Notes: generated by a model from the sequence alone, not told the origin. Counted from the first letter of the stretch, positions 10,759-20,005 are shown. The stretch is 64,000 bases of DNA from an uncultured delta proteobacterium (GCA_963745035.1 CAVUVW010000006.1:24006-88005), one strand, 5' to 3'. Made by a program: numbers and translations.

Positions 10759-11508
10759 TCACTTCCGCGGAGTGCGATTTTCTGGCGCTACGTGGACGCC
10801 TCGCCAGCCAGAGTCGTTGATTGCGCGCTGCACTAACCCCGAGGCCTTGGCCTCTTCGATGAACTCGCTGATGTAGGCAAGCCTCCCGGGCTGCCCCTTC
10901 GGGACGGCCATCGCTGTAAAGTTCGCTCCAAAACAGTCCTCCAGCACCCGCGAGCCGGACAATCTGGTGGAGAACTCTAGAAGCGCTGGACGGGTCGATG
11001 CCCACGCGTCCACATCTTCGGTACGCAGCAGGTCGAAAGCAATGTCGGGAGTCTCCGCGCTGATCAGTTCGGCATGTTTCCGTATGCGGTTCAGACACAA
11101 CGTCGAGGCGTGGTTGCGTACAACCGCGATACGGGCGTCGGGGCAGTCGGCATCGGCGACGTTTTGAATTGAGGAGTCGACCGCCACCAAATAGGTAAAA
11201 TCAAATTGAAGAACCGCGGGTGAGAAATCTATCTCGGAAGTCTGAGATTCATCCATCGCTCCAAACCCCACATCACACGCGCCGGCCTTGAGGCCTTCCA
11301 TCGCCCTAGGAGGAGTTGGATATTCGACCGGCAAGAACTCAACCCCGATCCGCGCTGCTAGCGCGCGAGCGAGTTCGATCGTCCACCCGCGCAACTCGCC
11401 GGTTGTCGGATCCTTCGCATATTGCGGTGGATACAACGCGACCCGGACTATGCCGGCCCGCACGAGATCCGCGATTCTCGGGTCGGGCACCTGTTGAACA
11501 TCGGTCAC
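10759..11508 (-). CDS. Amino-acid-type solute-binding protein, SBP_bac_3-like (cassette)
   Basis: GELRGWTIELARALAARIGV and IDFSPAVL motifs; no signal peptide. Confidence 0.8.
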   Translation of the reverse strand: MTDVQQVPDPRIADLVRAGIVRVALYPPQYAKDPTTGELRGWTIELARALAARIGVEFLPVEYPTPPRAMEGLKAGACDVGFGAMDESQTSEIDFSPAVLQFDFTYLVAVDSSIQNVADADCPDARIAVVRNHASTLCLNRIRKHAELISAETPDIAFDLLRTEDVDAWASTRPALLEFSTRLSGSRVLEDCFGANFTAMAVPKGQPGRLAYISEFIEEAKASGLVQRAINDSGWRGVHVAPENRTPRK

Positions 11509-11547
11509 AACACCCTCGTTTCCGCGTTCGTACTCACTCCTGCTAGC

Positions 11548-11670
11548 GTCTAACTATTAAGTGAGCTGCCATACGCACCGACAATTACTGGTCGGCTTAT
11601 CCCAGCGACTGCTCGGACAACAAAAGGTCAAATCGCTAACAATATCCATCCGCTAACATTACGTTGTCAA
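11548..11670 (-). other. Putative attI-2
   Basis: GTTAGAC core with no attC hairpin. Shares the 16-mer TCTAACTATTAAGTGA with attI-1. CGCTAACA direct repeats at 11634 and 11651; TTGACA at 11670-11665. Confidence 0.7.
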
Positions 11671-11763
11671 CAATAAGTCTTCCGCCAAAAGCCGACCGGG
11701 ACAGCGGCCCTATTTCCTCAACGATCGGCGGCTTATCTCCGCCATCGAGATTCTCTTCTATAG

Positions 11764-11790
11764 CCGGCAGGACTGTTGACGCCTCTACCG
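11764..11790 (-). pseudogene. Relic of an integron integrase 3' end
   Basis: Encodes GRGVNSPAG versus GRGVRSPAD in IntI; 12-bp identity with 18110-18121. Confidence 0.55.
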
Positions 11791-11805
11791 ACCTACCCTC
11801 CTCGG

Positions 11806-12085
11806 TTATCCGACAAACCGTAGCGATTGCTTATTAGGGAACGCTTTCGGCAATTTATCTTCTCGTTTCCGGTCGAACCGCGCCTGAAGATCGAGCCAGT
11901 ACCGCTCGGACATGCCGAAGTAGTGCGCGAGGCGATGCGCGATGTCGGCGGTGATCGGGCGTTGGCCCTCGACGATCTCGTAGATGCGGCGGACCGGCAC
12001 GCCGATGTCCCTTGCGAGATGCCAGACGCTGATGCCGCGCGGGAGCGAGAAACTCTTCCAACAAGATTCTGCCGGGATGTATCAT
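11806..12085 (-). CDS. higA: HigA-family antitoxin (XRE HTH), one frameshift
   Basis: Two frames give [12 protein letters not shown] and [40 protein letters not shown]. Confidence 0.8.
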
Positions 12086-12577
12086 TGGAAATCGTCCTTA
12101 ACTTTCTGGTTCAAGACGTTCAAATCGTTCAAGCAGTTCAAATCGTTTCGGAAGAAGCCGAAGAGATCGGAACTTTTGGGACGATTTGTTGCGGTATATT
12201 TTGATCCTTTCATGCCGCTGCTTTTCAAATATTCGATCAGATTACTGATCATGATCGATAAGCGCCGGAAGGACTTGCTTGCGGCGTCACAATCTTTCGG
12301 CGCCATATAAGATTGATCCAGAGCCACGTAAAGCTGCGAACGAACTTCCCCGCACGATGCTTTGGCGACATAGAGAAACTGAATAAATTCTTGATTACCA
12401 CCCCGCTCGAATCCTTCCGCTATGTTCGACATAATGGAGACTGCTGCCCGCCGTATTTGATCCCGCAGACCGAAATCTTTCGAGAATTTTGAGTCTCCTG
12501 TCAGTTGATAAATTCCTCGCGTCAAGGCGCGGGCATCTTTCCAAATTTCCAGATCTTCAAAATTTTTTCACTTGCAT
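12082..12577 (-). CDS. Four-helix-bundle protein (23S rRNA IVP family), homopolymer frameshift near start
   Basis: [36 protein letters not shown] and [12 protein letters not shown] motifs. Confidence 0.9.
12108..12147. repeat. 9-nt-period GTTCAA/TTGAAC repeat tract
   Basis: GTTCAAGAC-GTTCAAATC-GTTCAAGCA-GTTCAAATC; related tracts at 12592-12633, 12915-12941 and 19259-19343. Confidence 0.75.
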
Positions 12578-12639
12578 TGTTAGTTTCCTCCTTAAACGAT
12601 TTGAACTTTTTGAACGGCTTGAACGATTTGAACCCCTCG

Positions 12640-14249
12640 TTACTCAATCGCTCCCTGCCAAAACCACCTTCTTCTCACCCGGTCGTAATACAGCCAGAGG
12701 AGATCGCCGGCGCGGGTTTCGGCGTAATAGTATTCGCGCTGAATCTCGCGATTCCACCAGCCGCCGGAAAAAACATACGGGCCGGTGAGTTTGTCGATGC
12801 TGCCGTATTTGGGGCCGAGCATGAGCCAGCCGTCTTCGTGCGAGTGATAAGGCCCGCCGTGGAGGCGCCGCGGCTTGGCAAAGACCCGGCGCACTAACGT
12901 ATTCGGAGTGGACTCGTTCAAGCCGTTCAAATCGTTCAACCGCTTGCGGAGCCGGCCCTGAGCCCTTCGACTTCGCTCAAGATAAACTCCGTCGAAGGGT
13001 TCAACACGTTTTTGGGGAGTTTGACGCGGCTCACGGGCTCCCAAACAAAGCGCGCTTCGGGAAGATGGCCGTCGATGAGTTTGGCCCAGACGACGGAGTG
13101 TTCGCCGAACTCGGCGCGCAGGCGGGCGAGTGCGCGGTTGGCCGCGTCGAGATCGCGGCTCGGCCCTTCGACTTGGTCACTCTGTTCGGCGAACAGGCGC
13201 AGCTGCTCGCTGGTGGCGGCGCAGGTTTCCGCGCCAAGCTCGATTTCGCTCACGCCCGCGGCCACTTGCAGCGACTCCAAACGCAGACGGATCAAATCCA
13301 GGATCTGGCTGGCATCGAGAGTCGGAACCGCGGCGCGGAGCGACTCTCTGAGCCAGTCGCCATGGTCGATCAGCAAAGACAGCCGGATCGCCACCACGGC
13401 TTGATGGCGCGCCGCCAGAGTCGCAAGCAGCGGATGCAACAATTGCTTGATGAGAAACAGCAGCCGCGTGCTGTTGTTTTCGGCATCGTCGAGAATTTGT
13501 TTTTCCACGGCGGGCTCGTCGGGCGCCTGGGGTTCGAGCGGCGTCCAGAGATCGCCGGCGGCGAGGCGATGAAGCCGGTGCGCTTCCTTGCCGAAGCGCT
13601 CGCGCAATCCGCCCGGCGGAAGCGCGAGCAAGTCGCCGACGGTTTTGATGCCGAGCTGGAAAAGCGTGTCGCGAAATTTGGGGTCAATATGCAAACGGTT
13701 AAGCGGAATCTTCCTCGCGGCGGCGTGCTCATCGGCGGGATTGAGAAAAACCGTAACGTTCTTTTTCGCCTTGGCCACGGCGTAGCTGCCAAAGCGCGTG
13801 AAGCCGACCGCGAGGCTCGCGGCAAATCCCTGAGCTCTGAGATCTCTGTGAATGGCGTAGGCCCATTTTTCCGCCGAGGCATAGAGGCGCCGCAAGCCGG
13901 CGCCGTTGAGCCAAAAGACGCCGGGCTCGTCCGCCGCAGGCTCGACTTCGGGCGTAAAGCTCATGAAGCGCTGGGTCAGTTCGCCCACGGCTTTTTTTAT
14001 TTCCGCCGGCGGCACTGCGCCGGCGCGCAGCGCCGAAGCCAGAGAAAAGGCGGCGGCGTAGCGCAAGCCGGGCAACACGCCCTGCTGCCGGGCCTTTTCG
14101 TTGACCCAGAGAACCACTCCCTGCGGCTTGTCTTCAGCTACCACCGCCGCTGGATAAGCGCTCCACTCGGGATGGCGCCGCAGCAGGAGCTGAAGAGGAA
14201 AGGCCGGCAGATCAACACAGGCCAGCCGGCCCGGTGTAGAGCTTTTCAT
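12640..14249 (-). CDS. imuB: ImuB, inactive Y-family polymerase-like protein; frameshift near 12945 in a repeat-derived linker
   Basis: RLACVDLPAFPLQ, FTPEVEP, LARLRAEFG, and the C-terminal GPY..SGGWW...REYY...LWLYYD motif. Confidence 0.9.
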
Positions 14250-14808
14250 AATGCCATGTCGGGCCACGCCGTTTGTCCTTGAGCACGCGCAAAGCGCAGG
14301 CGAAGCGATTGTCTGCCGTCCGTTTCTTCTCGGCATGAACGCGCAGCGAAACCAACGAGCCCAAAGAAAATGCTGCGCTGCTTTTATCGGTGAGGCAAAC
14401 CAAAGCGGCGTGATGGCGCTGCGCCAAACCGGTCAAGCGGGTCTGCAGCGGCATGGGAATATCGGCGGCGCCGAGATCGAGCACGACCAGGCCGAAGCCG
14501 CCGGAGCGCAAAAGTTTTTCGCCGGCGCGCGGGATGCTCTGGCGTTCATTGAGACGCACGACCACGAGCGCCGCCAGATCAACGCCGCAGCGCTCCGCAT
14601 CGGGCGGATAGAAAGAAGTTTCCGAAGAAGTCACCCAGGCTACCGGCTCGCCACGCTTGTGGGCTTCGCGGACCAAGTCGAAAGCGATGGTCAGCGCCGC
14701 CGACCCGGTAGAGCTCGATATCTCCACCAGCCGCCCGGCGAGATTTCCGAGCACCCACGGCGTCGGTGAACCAGCGGGATGAAGTTTTTGCGCGGAAAAT
14801 AAGATCAT
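14212..14808 (-). CDS. imuA: ImuA / RecA-like protein
   Basis: GRLVEIS, FYPPD...GVDL and LLRSGGFGLVVLD motifs; overlaps the imuB start. Confidence 0.85.
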   Translation of the reverse strand: MILFSAQKLHPAGSPTPWVLGNLAGRLVEISSSTGSAALTIAFDLVREAHKRGEPVAWVTSSETSFYPPDAERCGVDLAALVVVRLNERQSIPRAGEKLLRSGGFGLVVLDLGAADIPMPLQTRLTGLAQRHHAALVCLTDKSSAAFSLGSLVSLRVHAEKKRTADNRFACALRVLKDKRRGPTWHYEKLYTGPAGLC

Positions 14809-14939
14809 GGACAGGATCTCCGTGAACTGGACATGCGCGGAGAGCGCGATCGACAGCTTCAGGAGGGATTCCTTCAGCTACTGCCCGGCAAGTATCGTCG
14901 TATTTGAAAGATGCAGAAACGAAGGTAAGAGGATCAATT

Positions 14940-15056
14940 ATCTAACGCCCGCGTGGACCGGCCCGCACGCGCTACCAAACGCCGCGCGCGCATAATCTCT
15001 CCCGCACGCTCAGCGCGCTAAATTGTTCACGGTCTGCTCCAACGCGCGTAGAGGCG
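14940..15056 (-). other. Degenerate attC, last site of array 1
   Basis: ATCTAACGCCCGCGTGGA...TCCAACGCGCGTAGAGGC; the R'' box is decayed. Confidence 0.6.
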
Positions 15057-15073
15057 CTCAATCGAGTGGCCAT

Positions 15074-15451
15074 TCAATCAAGGAACTTCCACGATGCCGC
15101 ACCGTCGAGGTGCCGGATCCGCACTCCGGCAAGAGCAGAAGGCTCGAAGTTGACCGCGTTCACTGCAATGGTCGTGTTGCGGCGTTTCTTCCGATACGCA
15201 TAGTGGGTGACGCAACCACATTTCTTGCATCGATAATAAACGCGAATCTTCCGGTTCCATGAATATTTCGATAGGCCGCCCTTGGGAGCTTCAATTTTAA
15301 CCGAACTCGCAGCGTAGTAAGCCCAGAGCGCGCCATAGCGGCGGCAGATCGAACAATTGCAGCTCGTTAAAGTGCGCGATAGCCGTCGAACGTAAATCCG
15401 AATCGCGCCACAGTGACACGTGGCCGCAAGCGCTGCGTTGCGGTGATCCAT
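15074..15451 (-). CDS. GFA/CENP-V family Zn protein (cassette)
   Basis: CHCGAI, CNCSICRRYG and CKKCG motifs. Confidence 0.9.
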   Translation of the reverse strand: MDHRNAALAATCHCGAIRIYVRRLSRTLTSCNCSICRRYGALWAYYAASSVKIEAPKGGLSKYSWNRKIRVYYRCKKCGCVTHYAYRKKRRNTTIAVNAVNFEPSALAGVRIRHLDGAASWKFLD

Positions 15452-15454
15452 AGC

Positions 15455-15517
15455 GCCTAACCGGATTGAGCTCAGCCGCCGCGCTTTTCAGCGGTCGGCT
15501 GCAGCGGCTTGTTCGGC
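15455..15517 (-). other. attC
   Basis: GCCTAAC...GTTCGGC; arms GCTCAGCCGCCGC and GCGGTCGGCTGCAGC with two extrahelical bases. Confidence 0.9.
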
Positions 15518-15589
15518 CTGCCTTACCCCGTGGCATAGGTTGGAGTTGACTCACCGGGACCTTTTCATCCTCCAACATGACGCCCTTGA

Positions 15590-16468
15590 TCATGCGCGGG
15601 TCAATACGAAGTCGTAGTCCATGGTGTGGAACGGGCGATCCATCTGGCGGCCGTCAGGCGCCTTACCGGGCTGATGCCGCGGGAAGTCTGCGATCAGCCC
15701 GTCCCGTACCGAAAAGGCAGCGTCCCGGTCGAGGTACTCACTGCCGCGCACGCAGATTTGCGTCACCAGGGTGTCGTGGCCATCGGCCTCGATCATGAAG
15801 TGAACGTGCGCCGGCCGCCAGCCCCCGTTCGAGGTATACTTGACCAGGTCGCCCATCCCCCCGTCATTCGGGACTGGATAGCCGATGGGGACGACCGTCC
15901 AGAACGAATAGCGACCGTCCGGCTCGCTCTTCAATTGCCCCCGCGTCCGCATTCCGTCCTTGGCCAGGTCACCCTGCACGTCGTACAGTCCCCGCCCGTC
16001 CGATTGCCAGACGTTGATGGTCGCGTTTGGAACAGGCCGACGATCGATCGCGAGAATACGCCCCGAGACGTAGAGAGGCTCGCCCGCGACGTCTTCGGCG
16101 ATGTCGGCGCCGTTCGCGAAAGAGGGTGCGTTCGGAAGGAAGAACGGTCCGAGCACGCCCGGCAGCGTCGCGCCTTCCGGCTTCGGTTGCGATATCTGGA
16201 TCACCAGGGTTTCGAGCCCGAGCATCTCGGCGAGCGCGAGGAATTCCTGCCTGCCGCCCTTGCAGTAACCGCCCAGCTGGACCAGATAGTTCATCGCGAA
16301 GAGGTACTCGTCGCCGGTCAGCCGCACGTCGCGCGCAAAGCCATGCAGATGCTTGATCAGGCTCAAGATGATCTCGCGCAGGCGGGGGCCCGTCGTAGCT
16401 TGGTAGCGGGTTAGCGCTTCCTTCGTGATCGCCTCTTCGGCAGCGGCATTTTTCCCTTCCGTAGTCAT
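15590..16468 (-). CDS. Intradiol ring-cleavage dioxygenase, hydroxyquinol/catechol 1,2-type (cassette)
   Basis: PRLREII..LIKHLHGFARDV, LGPFF, VWQSD..G.YD and WRPAHVHF motifs. Confidence 0.9.
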   Translation of the reverse strand: MTTEGKNAAAEEAITKEALTRYQATTGPRLREIILSLIKHLHGFARDVRLTGDEYLFAMNYLVQLGGYCKGGRQEFLALAEMLGLETLVIQISQPKPEGATLPGVLGPFFLPNAPSFANGADIAEDVAGEPLYVSGRILAIDRRPVPNATINVWQSDGRGLYDVQGDLAKDGMRTRGQLKSEPDGRYSFWTVVPIGYPVPNDGGMGDLVKYTSNGGWRPAHVHFMIEADGHDTLVTQICVRGSEYLDRDAAFSVRDGLIADFPRHQPGKAPDGRQMDRPFHTMDYDFVLTRA

Positions 16469-16608
16469 GAACGTGTCCTCCGATTGTTGGTGACGGTTTT
16501 CAGGGCCGCTTCCACCTCACTCAACTCCTCGCCGTAAAAGTGGTTCTCAACGGCCGCCTAGTTCGGCATCTGGTTGTCTCCATACTTGCTTTCCGTGGCA
16601 GGTTTTCG

Positions 16609-16678
16609 GGCGAACGCTAGCGGTCACCGGACGGAGCGAGCAACGCGAGTCCCGATCCGGTGCACTGCATTGTTAGCC
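16609..16678 (-). other. attC
   Basis: GGCGAAC...GTTAGCC; TCACCGGA/TCCGGTGCA arms; the gene's TAA lies in the R'' box. Confidence 0.85.
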
Positions 16679-17245
16679 AGAGACGCCAAGCACCCCCAGG
16701 ACCTCGTCCCAGTGGCTGCAGAACGCCACACCCACCGGGCAATCATCGATCTGTGTTCGCCCGTGTTGCAGCCAGACACGCCGCAATCCTTCCAGCCGTA
16801 CGTCGCGGAGGTGTCGAACATCATCGTCGATAAGGACATGAGCGCCGATCTGGTGACACACCTGCTCCTTGCTGGAGTCGTGCGACGTTATGACCTCCCT
16901 GATGGAAAGCGCAAGACCCATTCGCTCGAGCCACTCTCGAGCGTAGGCAATGCGATGCAGCCGTCTGTTAGTAACGACGAACACATCTCCAATGACTGTG
17001 AGGGCACGAAGCGCGTTTGCAGCGCCGGGGACTTCCGCTGCTGCCAGGGTGCTCTCACGTTCGTACACGTAGTCGTTCATTTCCTCATATGGACTTTTCC
17101 CAATGAGAGGCACGCAATCAGTGCGATTGCATTGCCACGGCTCTACGTCCCGGCCCACATGTGTCTTGATCCACTTCATCGCCTCGGCATTGGTATTCGC
17201 AATCGTGCCGTCGTAATCTACCGCGATGATCAGTCTTGTACTCAT
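16673..17245 (-). CDS. HAD-superfamily hydrolase, 5'(3')-nucleotidase-like (cassette)
   Basis: IAVDYDGTIA, VVTNR and LIDD motifs. Confidence 0.8.
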   Translation of the reverse strand: MSTRLIIAVDYDGTIANTNAEAMKWIKTHVGRDVEPWQCNRTDCVPLIGKSPYEEMNDYVYERESTLAAAEVPGAANALRALTVIGDVFVVTNRRLHRIAYAREWLERMGLALSIREVITSHDSSKEQVCHQIGAHVLIDDDVRHLRDVRLEGLRRVWLQHGRTQIDDCPVGVAFCSHWDEVLGVLGVSG

Positions 17246-17258
17246 CCAGGCCCTTTCT

Positions 17259-17348
17259 GGCTAACGTCGTGGTGAACGGCGGGCCGCAGCGACGGTCTTT
17301 GCGTTGGCACGGTGGTTCGCGGCCCGTCCGTTCCACCTAGAGTTAGAG
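17259..17348 (-). other. attC
   Basis: GGCTAAC...GTTAGAG; arms GGTGAACGGCGGGCCGC and GCGGCCCGTCCGTTCCACC with two extrahelical bases. Confidence 0.92.
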
Positions 17349-17358
17349 CGCAAAAGGC

Positions 17359-17847
17359 TCAATGCGCCTCCTTGGCGAGGCGGTCATCACGCTCGCGCAG
17401 CAGCCAGTAGACCACGCCGAGCACAAGGGTTGCTCCAGCCAGCGCCGCAATGGTGCTTGCGGCGGTGGCGCTGGAATCGAGAATGACGAACTTGCGACTC
17501 AACGCAATGAGCGCGATGAGCACCACGGTCTTGACCTGGATGATGCTCGAGCGCCGAAGAGCAACGCTAACAATCGAATGCTTGAATTCCATGGCGATGA
17601 GCAGCGTCATGATCATGCCAAAGAGCGCCTGAAAGACGTCATGTTCCAGTGGATCTATCGCGCCGCTAAGCAACAGCGGCACGATGCGGATGACCAGCTG
17701 CACGAGCGCTAGGGCGATGACCACTGAGATCACGAGACTCAGAACGATCGCAACAATCTGCTCGAAGCGCTCGTAAACGGACATGATCGGCCAATGCTCA
17801 CGTGTTTCCGCAAAGAACTTCCGCGGCGCGTGGCGTTTGTTGTCCAT
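17359..17847 (-). CDS. PsiE-family membrane protein (first cassette of array 1)
   Basis: About four TM segments; FGMIMTLLIAMEF and LIALSRKFVILD motifs. Confidence 0.8.
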   Translation of the reverse strand: MDNKRHAPRKFFAETREHWPIMSVYERFEQIVAIVLSLVISVVIALALVQLVIRIVPLLLSGAIDPLEHDVFQALFGMIMTLLIAMEFKHSIVSVALRRSSIIQVKTVVLIALIALSRKFVILDSSATAASTIAALAGATLVLGVVYWLLRERDDRLAKEAH

Positions 17848-17871
17848 TTGTCGCTCCGTTCTTGCCTTGCG

Positions 17872-17992
17872 CTCTAACTATTAAGTGAACGAATTAGACT
17901 AACCTTGTGTTGGCCGCTTATTCCCAAAGCATGTTTCACTGAAAAATATCAAAATTACCAGCTTTATCGTCCACTTTTCTGTTGCAAGTCAA
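17872..17992 (-). other. Putative attI-1, downstream of intI
   Basis: GTTAGAGC core complementary to the R'' GCTCTAAC of the first attC; no hairpin; AT-rich; TTGACT at 17992-17987. Confidence 0.75.
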
Positions 17993-18084
17993 GGTTCTTA
18001 TGATCAGCAATTGCGGCCAGTTTGACCGCCTATCACTCTATTGGCCCGCAGCCTATTCCGGAGACCACAGGGTAGTTCAAGTCT

Positions 18085-19142
18085 TTAGAGACGGTCTGCC
18101 GGGCTTCGAACGCCTCTACCGCCGCGATCAATACATGCGTATAAATCATGGTCGTGCTGACATCGCGGTGACCGAGCAACTCCTGCACCGTCCGGATATC
18201 GTACCCATCCTCCAATAAATGCGTCGCGAAAGAGTGTCGTAAAGAATGACATGTGGCTGGTTTTGGTATCCCGGCATTGCGAACAGCCTCGCGCACTGCT
18301 TTTTGTAGCACCGATTCATGGAGATGATGCCGGTACTGCAATCCGGTGTGGCGGTCAATGTAGTATCTTGTCGCAGGAAACACCCATTGCCATACCCATT
18401 CTCGGTTAGCGTTTGGATATTTCCTATCCAGCGCGTTCGGCAACACAACTCGCCCTAAATTATTCTCAACATCATACTGGTGTTGTCGTTTGCCATTGTT
18501 GAGATGCTTAGTGAGTGGTTCTTTCACAGCTGTAGGAAGCATCGTGTAACGGTCCTTGTCTCCCTTTCCAGCGCGTATAACGATTTGGTTTTGCGAAAAA
18601 TCAATGTCTTTTACCCTGAGCCGGCAACATTCCATGAGCCGAAGGCCGGCGCCGTAAAGCAATGTCGCCATGATTTTTTCGGTTCCTGTAAGCTGATTCA
18701 GTAGGCTTTGGATCTCCGCACGGGTCAATACGACCGGCAACCGTAGAGCTTTTTTCGCGCGTACTACGCCGTTCACATAACCGATCTCTTTTTCTAATAC
18801 CTGGTGATAAAGAAACAGCAATGCGTTCAGGGCTTGGTTCTGCGTGGAACCGCTCACCTTTGATTCGGCTGCCAAATTAGAAAGGAAACGCGCTATTTCC
18901 GGTTCCGCCATTTCTGCAGGGTGCCGTTTATTGTGGAAAAAGATGAACCGTCTGATCCAATGGACATAGCTGCCTTCAGTCTTGGGACTGTAGTGTCGGG
19001 TGCGGATTGCCCGGCGCACTTGATCGAGCAATTTCGGCTTCATCGCCGTGGCTATCGACCGAACGCCGGCTGCGGCGTTCAATCCACCGTCAATCACCGC
19101 GAGCGTACGGGTTGGCTGCCTGGGTGCGTCAATGTTCATCAT
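18085..19142 (-). CDS. intI: Integron integrase; 1-nt frameshift near the C-terminus
   Basis: [38 protein letters not shown], the IntI-specific [30 protein letters not shown] and TTMIYTHV. Restoring one A gives the ending [15 protein letters not shown]. Confidence 0.96.
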
Positions 19143-19359
19143 CCTAACCGCTCTCCTTGTCATCCGCGTCTCGCAGCACCCCCTCTAGGGTTGACGAGGA
19201 ATGACGGAACGAAGCTTGGCACAACGCTGGATAAGCTTCCGCCCGTACTGCAGCGCAGTGTTCAAACCGTTCAAGAGTTCAAGGTTCAACGCTGGAGAAA
19301 CAAAAACAGTCTAGAGAACTTTGAACTTTCAACCTTGAACTTTTTAGTCCCCCGCCCAC

Positions 19360-19969
19360 TTAGAATTTTCTCAGCAATCCCACCACCCGCCCCACGATGC
19401 GGAACTCCCCTTCGGAGACAGTGATCGGCGGGTACTTTTCGTTCTCCGCCTTGAGCGTGACGACGCCGTCTTTCTCGAAGAACCGCTTGAGCGTCGCCTC
19501 GCCCTCGATCACCGCGCACACGATCTCGCCGTTCTCCGCACTGCCCTGCTGCTTCACGATTACCCGGTCGCCGTCGAGGATACCGGCGCCGATCATGCTG
19601 TCGCCTTTGACCTGCAGCGCGAACCTTTTTCCGCTGCCGATGTCGTCGGGAATGGTGATGGTGCCTTCGAAATTTTCTTCGTTTAGGAGCGGCTTGCCGG
19701 CGGCGATCCTGCCCAGAACCGGCAGCCTGGCGGGTCGGGCTAATGGCCGCTTGGCCCAAAGCGTTGACGATCTCGATGGCGCGCTTGCCGACGCGGCGGA
19801 TATAGCCCTTTTTCTCCAAGGCCTTCAGATGATCGGAGACGCCGTTAGTCGAAGTGATCTTGAACTGCCTGCCGATCTCGTGCATCGACGGTGCGAAGCC
19901 CTTCTCGCGAATGGTTTTGAGCAGAAAATCGTAGATCGCTTTTTGCCGGGAGGTCAGCTCGGGAAGCAT
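19360..19969 (-). CDS. lexA: SOS repressor LexA (frameshift near 19730)
   Basis: [12 protein letters not shown]...[18 protein letters not shown], then LGRIAAG cleavage site, GDSM catalytic Ser and TLKR catalytic Lys. Confidence 0.93.
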
Positions 19970-19974
19970 GGTTC

Positions 19975-20005
19975 ACCATATACTGAAAATATTTTCAGTA
20001 GTCAA
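19975..20005 (-). promoter_or_regulatory. lexA promoter with putative SOS box
   Basis: Perfect palindrome TACTGAAAATATTTTCAGTA (19981-20000) immediately downstream of TTGACT (20005-20000). Confidence 0.8.

Noticed and set aside
12082-12577. Four-helix-bundle gene as the Avd of a diversity-generating retroelement
   Set aside because: No reverse transcriptase and no TR/VR pair are visible.
12640-14946. imuA-imuB as a true gene cassette
   Set aside because: It follows a GTTAGAT core, but no attC hairpin is found after imuB or higA. The next site is attI-like.
17938-17950. Extra SOS boxes (ACTGAAAAATAT here; similar at about 4200-4215 and 23740)
   Set aside because: Only half-sites; no CTG-N10-CAG spacing.
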